The notes below the pieces were generated by a model that was given only the letters and a program-made list of their open reading frames with translations, was not told where the DNA came from and did not search any database. 64,000 nucleotides of DNA from Rebecca billardiae RCC1528. Taxonomy: Eukaryota > Protista > Haptophyta. A program made the translations under genes and the position numbers. Below, one piece after another: positions 59,063 through 64,000 of the stretch. The stretch spans positions 2,547,988-2,611,987 of the forward strand of contig OZ251231.1 of NCBI GenBank assembly GCA_965240325.2, in the 5' to 3' direction. How positions within the stretch are numbered: the stretch's first letter is position 1; each line of letters begins with the position of its first letter.

Positions 59063-60379
59063 TTAGAGCCGAGATGATCTCACTTGGCGGCACGACGTGT
59101 GACGGAGGATGGCAGCGACGTGCTCGCCGGCGAACTTGCCTGCTGGGTCTTCGTGGCAGAGCAGCTCGGCGAGGGCACGCACGCGAGCACCACTGGGACC
59201 ACTCATATAGGCGTCGGCAAGGCTGCCTGGGGTCATTGACGTGAGCTTGCCCCAGTGCGGGAGCATGCCGAGAGGTCGCAGCGCCGCCTCGACGGTCGGG
59301 AGAGCGGCGCGCACGGCCGCCTCGTCCGGCTTCCACGTGAAGTTGACGGCGACGCACGCTCGGCCACAGCATGGGCTCAAGCACAGGTCGTCCGCGTCCA
59401 CGGTGCGGATCTCGCTCACCCACAGCAACGGGCTGACGAGGCCGTGCATGGCGCGTAGTGCGCGGAGCATCGCGACGGCGTTCTCCACGGGCACAAACCA
59501 CTCCGACTGGAGCTCAGCCCCCTCCGAGCTCGGCGGGCGGTCAGCCCGGAAGTGCGCAAGCCGCTCGTGCCAGGGCCCTGGAGGGCCCTGTGGCGTGCAA
59601 TTGGTGCCGTCGAGGTTGGCGGGGTGCACCTGGCCGCCGTCCGCGTCTGGGCCGACGATACGCGGGAGGCCGAACAGGGTGGCAGGCAGGGCCGGCCCGC
59701 CAACTGCGGGCACACGCTGCTTGAGCCATAGCTGGTGGCAGCCCTCTGCGCCGTACTGCGTGAAGAGGCTCACACTGTACGCGGCGTGCATGATCTCGTG
59801 AAAGCGGCCGTCCACCACAGACCACGGCACGGGGCCGTAGACCGCCTGCTGGATGTCGAAGGTGGGCACGACCCTCAGTGTCACGCTCACGATCGCTCCC
59901 ACCGCGCCAAGGATCAGGCCGTCGAGAGCGGCGCTGCCCGGGCCGGCAGTCAGCAGGGCGCCGTCGCCGGAGACGTAGGTGAAGGAATGCACGGCGCCTG
60001 CGAGGATGGGCTGGCCCGTGCCGCTACCGTGGGTCGCCGTGCACATGGCTCCACAGATGCTGATCTGCGGGAGCGACGGCAGGTTGGTCAGGGCAAACCC
60101 CTGCGCGTGCAGCGTGTCACCCACCTCCGCAAAGGTCATTTGCGAGCTGCACGTTGCCGTGCGCGCCATCGTGTCGACCGTCACCGATGCGGGCATGCGC
60201 CGGAGGGATATCAACGTCCCTGACGTGACAGCCACCGTCGAGAACGAGTGGCGCGTGCCGATCACACGGCACGCGGTCGCCTCGTGGACCAGGCGCCGCA
60301 GCTCATCGACTGAGGAGGGCTCCGCAAAGCGCCTTGGCGTGAACGTGATATTGGCCGCCCAGTTCCTGAGGTCTGGCAT
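59063..60379 (-). CDS. FAD-linked alditol/xylitol oxidase-like flavoprotein (VAO family), intronless
   Basis: RNWAAN, GTRHSFS (flavinylated His), ATHGSG, GPWHERLAHF, ELQSEWF, SEIRTV, PHWGK, DPAGKF. Confidence 0.88.
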   Translation of the reverse strand: MPDLRNWAANITFTPRRFAEPSSVDELRRLVHEATACRVIGTRHSFSTVAVTSGTLISLRRMPASVTVDTMARTATCSSQMTFAEVGDTLHAQGFALTNLPSLPQISICGAMCTATHGSGTGQPILAGAVHSFTYVSGDGALLTAGPGSAALDGLILGAVGAIVSVTLRVVPTFDIQQAVYGPVPWSVVDGRFHEIMHAAYSVSLFTQYGAEGCHQLWLKQRVPAVGGPALPATLFGLPRIVGPDADGGQVHPANLDGTNCTPQGPPGPWHERLAHFRADRPPSSEGAELQSEWFVPVENAVAMLRALRAMHGLVSPLLWVSEIRTVDADDLCLSPCCGRACVAVNFTWKPDEAAVRAALPTVEAALRPLGMLPHWGKLTSMTPGSLADAYMSGPSGARVRALAELLCHEDPAGKFAGEHVAAILRHTSCRQVRSSRL

Positions 60380-60986
60380 CACCGTCCGCGCCGCCACTCA
60401 GAGACTCCGACCTGAAGCGTGCTCTTGATGACCGCGTGGGTCGAGATGACGGACACTCCACGGGAGCGCTTCGAGCCCTCGATCATTTTCTGCATGCGCG
60501 TTTCCACTGGTCCTCGCGCATCATTGTTCATCACTCATGAACACTGCGTGCCGACAACGGAGTCGGGGCCTCGGTACAGTATGTATCATATAGCTAGAAC
60601 GGCCCTTGCTAGAACGGCATTGCTAGACGCAGTAACAGGCAGCTCTTCCTCTGGACCTTGGCCACAACGTCCGACAGTAATGTCACGCGAGGCCGCCGGG
60701 TCATTTCAAGGTCGATGACGATTGTGTCGATTGTCGCCCGCCGCCGCGACACGACCCGGCCCCTTGCTCAGCCGACTTGTCCACAAGACCGGGGTCCAGC
60801 CTCAGCGCCCGACGCGGGCCGCGCATCCTGGCGCAGGTCGGCACAGCCTAAGAGGCTAACCGCGCGCCGACCACCGCGCGTGCACGAGCTTGGCCGGGCC
60901 GTCAGGCCACCGCACGCCGCCCCTCGTGCGCGCGAGTCGGCATTGCCGTCTGGCAAGGCCCACGCCGAGCGGCCGCAGCGGCCGGC

Positions 60987-63900
60987 TCAGGCATTGCCCA
61001 GCAGCGTCTGCTCGACCGAGTCGCAGATGGCAGTGGTGTACTGCCCGCTGCTGCTGGTGCGCACGCTCACCTTGCACTGGCCGGTGCCCGCGGTCGCCAC
61101 CTCGATGAGGTAGCCCTCGCCGGAGAAGGTCACCATCGAGAAGTAGTAGTAGTTCTTGCCGTCGGCCGCGCGGTTGGCCACAAAGAACATGTTGGCCTGC
61201 GCGCACGGCCCCGCGCACGCGCGCGCGCGGCACGGCGGCTCAGCGCGCGCGAGCGCGCGCGCAGCGGCGGGCGAGCAGCACGCGCGCGCGCGCACACCTG
61301 CTCGAGCGCCGCCTGGATGTGCTGCATCGACTCGTTCTGCAGCCCCTGGAACATGTGCGCGGTCTCGCGCTCGTTGGGGATCGACTTCCACGTGTTGAGG
61401 AACTGCTCGCGCTCGAGCCGCCCGCTCGGCGAGAGGACGGTCTTGATGTGCATCGTGTCCTGGAAGTAGAACACCTTGATGTTGTTCTTCACCGCGATCT
61501 GCACCCGCAGCACCGCCGCGTGCGCGCACCGGTGCGGTGAGCGCGCGCTCTCGCGCCGTCCGCCGCGCGCGGCGCGCAGGCGCGGAGTCGGGCGCGTCGC
61601 GCGGAGCCGTCGCGCGGCCGCAGCGCACCTGGACGGTGTTGCGCATGTCCTGCACCTGGCCGCCGGGGACGAGCGTGAACGTGGCCACGTGCGACTGCCC
61701 CGGCATCAGCTGCGGCGGCATCACCGCGCCGAGCGCGTTGGGCGACTCGGGCGCCAGCCCGTACGAGTTCTTATTGAGCTGGATGGCGAAGCCCGACATG
61801 GGCGTGTTGGTGCCGCTCTGGTTGGTCAGGTTCTCGACGGTGAACTCGCAGCTCACGCGGCCGGCGCCGGCGCTGATGAAGCGCGAGCTGATCTGCAGGC
61901 CCTCGCCGCGCTCCTTGGGCAGCACCATCCGCTTCGGCGTCGCCAGCCCGCTCGGCGTGCCGGCCATGCCGCCGCCGCCACCGCCGCCGCCCATCAGGTC
62001 GACGAGGCCGCCGCCGCTGCCGCCGCCGCCGCCCACGGCGCCGCCGCCGCCGCCCAGGAGGTCCATCACGCCGCCGCCGCCGCCGCCGGGCGGCGCGGCG
62101 GGCGTGGGCCCGCCGCCGAGGTCGCCCATGAGATCGCCGAGCAGGTCGGCCATTCCGCCGCCGCCGCCGCCGCCGCCACCGCCACCGCCCGCGTCGGGCA
62201 TGTCGGAGCGCATCGCGCCGCCGTCGTCGTCGTCGGCCAGGATGTCGCGCGAGGCGTCGCGGTACGACTGCACGGGCGCGCGGCCCTTGGCCTGGAAGGA
62301 GGCGGGCGGCTTGTGGTAGATGGAGGCGAGCGTGGACAGGTTGGCGATCAGCTCGTCCAGCACGTGCGGGTCCAGCGCCGAGATGTCGTCCGTGATCGTC
62401 GGCTTGTCGGCGAGCACGACCTGCTTGGCCGCCTCCGGGTCGGTCGAGAGCAGCCGCCAGTAGATGTAGCCGCGGTCGCGCAGGTCGGGGTCGTCCGACT
62501 CCTGCGTGGCGAGGTTGAGCACGTCCTGCACCATCTTCTGCGTGTCCTGCGGCCGCTTGAGGAAGAGCTTCACCGTCGCGGTGAGCAGCTGCAGCTGCAC
62601 CGTCGGCGGCTCCTCGCCGAACGTCTCGAGGAAGGTCTCGAGCAGCTCGTCCGCGTTGTCGATGCGCTCCGCGTACTCGCCGATGATCCACACCATCGAC
62701 GCCTTCGCCTCGGGCTCGTCGAGCGTGTCGAGGTTCTCGCACAGCGTGCCGATGATCGACTCGTACCGGTTGGGGTACTTGCGGAAGATGTCCTTGATCA
62801 CGATCACCGCCTCCTGCACCACGTAGTTCACCTTGGTCTGGATGAGCTCGAGCAGCGCGTTGATGCACCGCTCGGCCGCCTTCTCGAGCTTGATCGCGCA
62901 CCGGCCGATGCAGCGCACCGCGCGCCGCACAAACTCGATGTCGACCTCGGTGGCGTACTCCTTGAGCTCCATCAGCTCCTGGTCGATGTTCCGCTCCGAC
63001 GCGAGCTTCACCATGATCTCGAGCTTCTCCATCTTCACGTAGATCGGGTCGTTGTACTTGCAGAAGAAGACCTTGACCTCGTGCGCGAGGATCTGCGGCC
63101 GCCGCTGCACGATCAGGTTGATGTTGCGCAGCGCCACGTACTGGATCTCCGACTCGGCGGAGAGCAGCGTGACGAGCGGCGGCGCCATCTTCTTGTACAG
63201 CGCCTTGAGCGACTCCTGGTTGTCGATCGCGTCCATGTACCGCATCATCACCTTGACGGCCGAGAGCACCACCGCCGAGTTTGCGTGCTGCAGCCGCGGC
63301 GTCACGCGCTCGATGATGGACTCGGCCTCGCGCGCGTCCTGCGGCACGTAGTTGGCGAGCGAGTCGAGGATGAAGACCTGCCCCCACTCGGTGCACTCGT
63401 TCACCGCGGCGAGCAGCTTCTGCAGCGTCCCCGCCGTGATGCGGAAGATGCTCGCGCCCTTCTCCGACGTCTCCGAGATCTCGCTCAGCGCCGCGACCGC
63501 GTTGGAGACGACCATCGGGTTGGAGTCGCCCAGCAGGTCGTGCACCATGTCGAGGAAGCCCTGGTCCTCGACCAGCTCGCCGTTGATGTCGTACAGCTTG
63601 GCCACGCACACGGCGGCGGTCTTGCGCACGTACGGGTCCTCGTCCTGCGCGCGCGCGTGCACGCGCGGTGCGCGGGCGGCCCAAGGCGCGCTCAGCGACG
63701 GGCCGCGCCGCGCTCGCGAGGGGCGGTGGCCGCGTGCGGCCGAGGCGGCGCGCGCGAGCGCGCGCGCGCGCATCCACACACACGCACACACACGACATGC
63801 GCACACGCACGCACACACGCACGCGCACGCACCTTGAGGCACTTGCGCAGCGGCTCGCACAGGTACTCGGTGATCTTGTCCACGCGGATGCAGCCCATCG

Positions 63901-64000
63901 TGCGCACGGCGAGCGCGCGCACGAGCGGGTTCTGGTCCTGCGAGTCCTTCACAAACGTGTTCACGGCGAGGATGGCGAGGTCGGGCTGCGACTTGGCGTA
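60987..64000 (-). CDS. AP1B1: AP-1/AP-2 complex beta subunit (beta-adaptin), 5'-truncated by the window; exons >64000-63833, 63644-61629, 61498-61298, 61196-60987
   Basis: [66 protein letters not shown], hinge DLL motifs, appendage QIAVKNN. Confidence 0.95.
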   Translation of the reverse strand, partial: RQVAARPRHPRREHVCEGLAGPEPARARARRAHDGLHPRGQDHRVPVRAAAQVPQGACACVCACVCACRVCACVWMRARALARAASAARGHRPSRARRGPSLSAPWAARAPRVHARAQDEDPYVRKTAAVCVAKLYDINGELVEDQGFLDMVHDLLGDSNPMVVSNAVAALSEISETSEKGASIFRITAGTLQKLLAAVNECTEWGQVFILDSLANYVPQDAREAESIIERVTPRLQHANSAVVLSAVKVMMRYMDAIDNQESLKALYKKMAPPLVTLLSAESEIQYVALRNINLIVQRRPQILAHEVKVFFCKYNDPIYVKMEKLEIMVKLASERNIDQELMELKEYATEVDIEFVRRAVRCIGRCAIKLEKAAERCINALLELIQTKVNYVVQEAVIVIKDIFRKYPNRYESIIGTLCENLDTLDEPEAKASMVWIIGEYAERIDNADELLETFLETFGEEPPTVQLQLLTATVKLFLKRPQDTQKMVQDVLNLATQESDDPDLRDRGYIYWRLLSTDPEAAKQVVLADKPTITDDISALDPHVLDELIANLSTLASIYHKPPASFQAKGRAPVQSYRDASRDILADDDDGGAMRSDMPDAGGGGGGGGGGGGMADLLGDLMGDLGGGPTPAAPPGGGGGGVMDLLGGGGGAVGGGGGSGGGLVDLMGGGGGGGGMAGTPSGLATPKRMVLPKERGEGLQISSRFISAGAGRVSCEFTVENLTNQSGTNTPMSGFAIQLNKNSYGLAPESPNALGAVMPPQLMPGQSHVATFTLVPGGQVQDMRNTVQVRCGRATAPRDAPDSAPARRARRTARERALTAPVRARGGAAGADRGEEQHQGVLLPGHDAHQDRPLAERAARARAVPQHVEVDPQRARDRAHVPGAAERVDAAHPGGARAGVRARACCSPAAARALARAEPPCRARACAGPCAQANMFFVANRAADGKNYYYFSMVTFSGEGYLIEVATAGTGQCKVSVRTSSSGQYTTAICDSVEQTLLGNA

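Noticed and set aside
48722-60379. Bacterial contamination or an operon (glmS, gapN, alditol oxidase)
   Set aside because: glmS and gapN carry host-style spliceosomal introns and are interleaved with eukaryotic genes; no evidence of a functional cluster

Overview
Very GC-rich, gene-dense eukaryotic nuclear DNA with short spliceosomal introns (mostly GTGCGC...GCGCAG). Composition, intron style and gene content suggest a haptophyte alga, probably Pavlovales (inference). About 22 protein-coding genes can be reconstructed by hand: a coiled-coil protein, a Rost/AIG1-like membrane protein, a giant chromatin protein, NAP1, a methyltransferase, an EF-hand Kv channel, a kinesin, a CFAP161-like/dienelactone hydrolase fusion, an actin fusion, a CLC transporter, an MBL-fold protein, an F-box/Kelch protein, a SETD7-like fusion, a PPR-like protein, glmS, a GT77, GAPN, an EF-hand/ankyrin protein, an alditol oxidase, beta-adaptin and two uncharacterised proteins. 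Most other long ORFs in the track are shadow frames caused by high GC. The top finding is at 29496-31719. It is a highly conserved actin whose nucleotide-binding residues are selectively replaced, and it sits in one frame behind a signal-peptide/anchor-like segment, a ~300-aa domain and an RRRR convertase-like site. This suggests a secretory-pathway, ATP-independent actin. Other unusual architectures are an Agenet/CXXC/AP2 reader ending in a Bub1-like pseudokinase with inserted AT-hooks, a kinesin with a pseudokinase tail, a SETD7-like protein fused to a second methyltransferase, and several bacterial-type enzymes. All family assignments come from motif recognition by eye; no searches were run.
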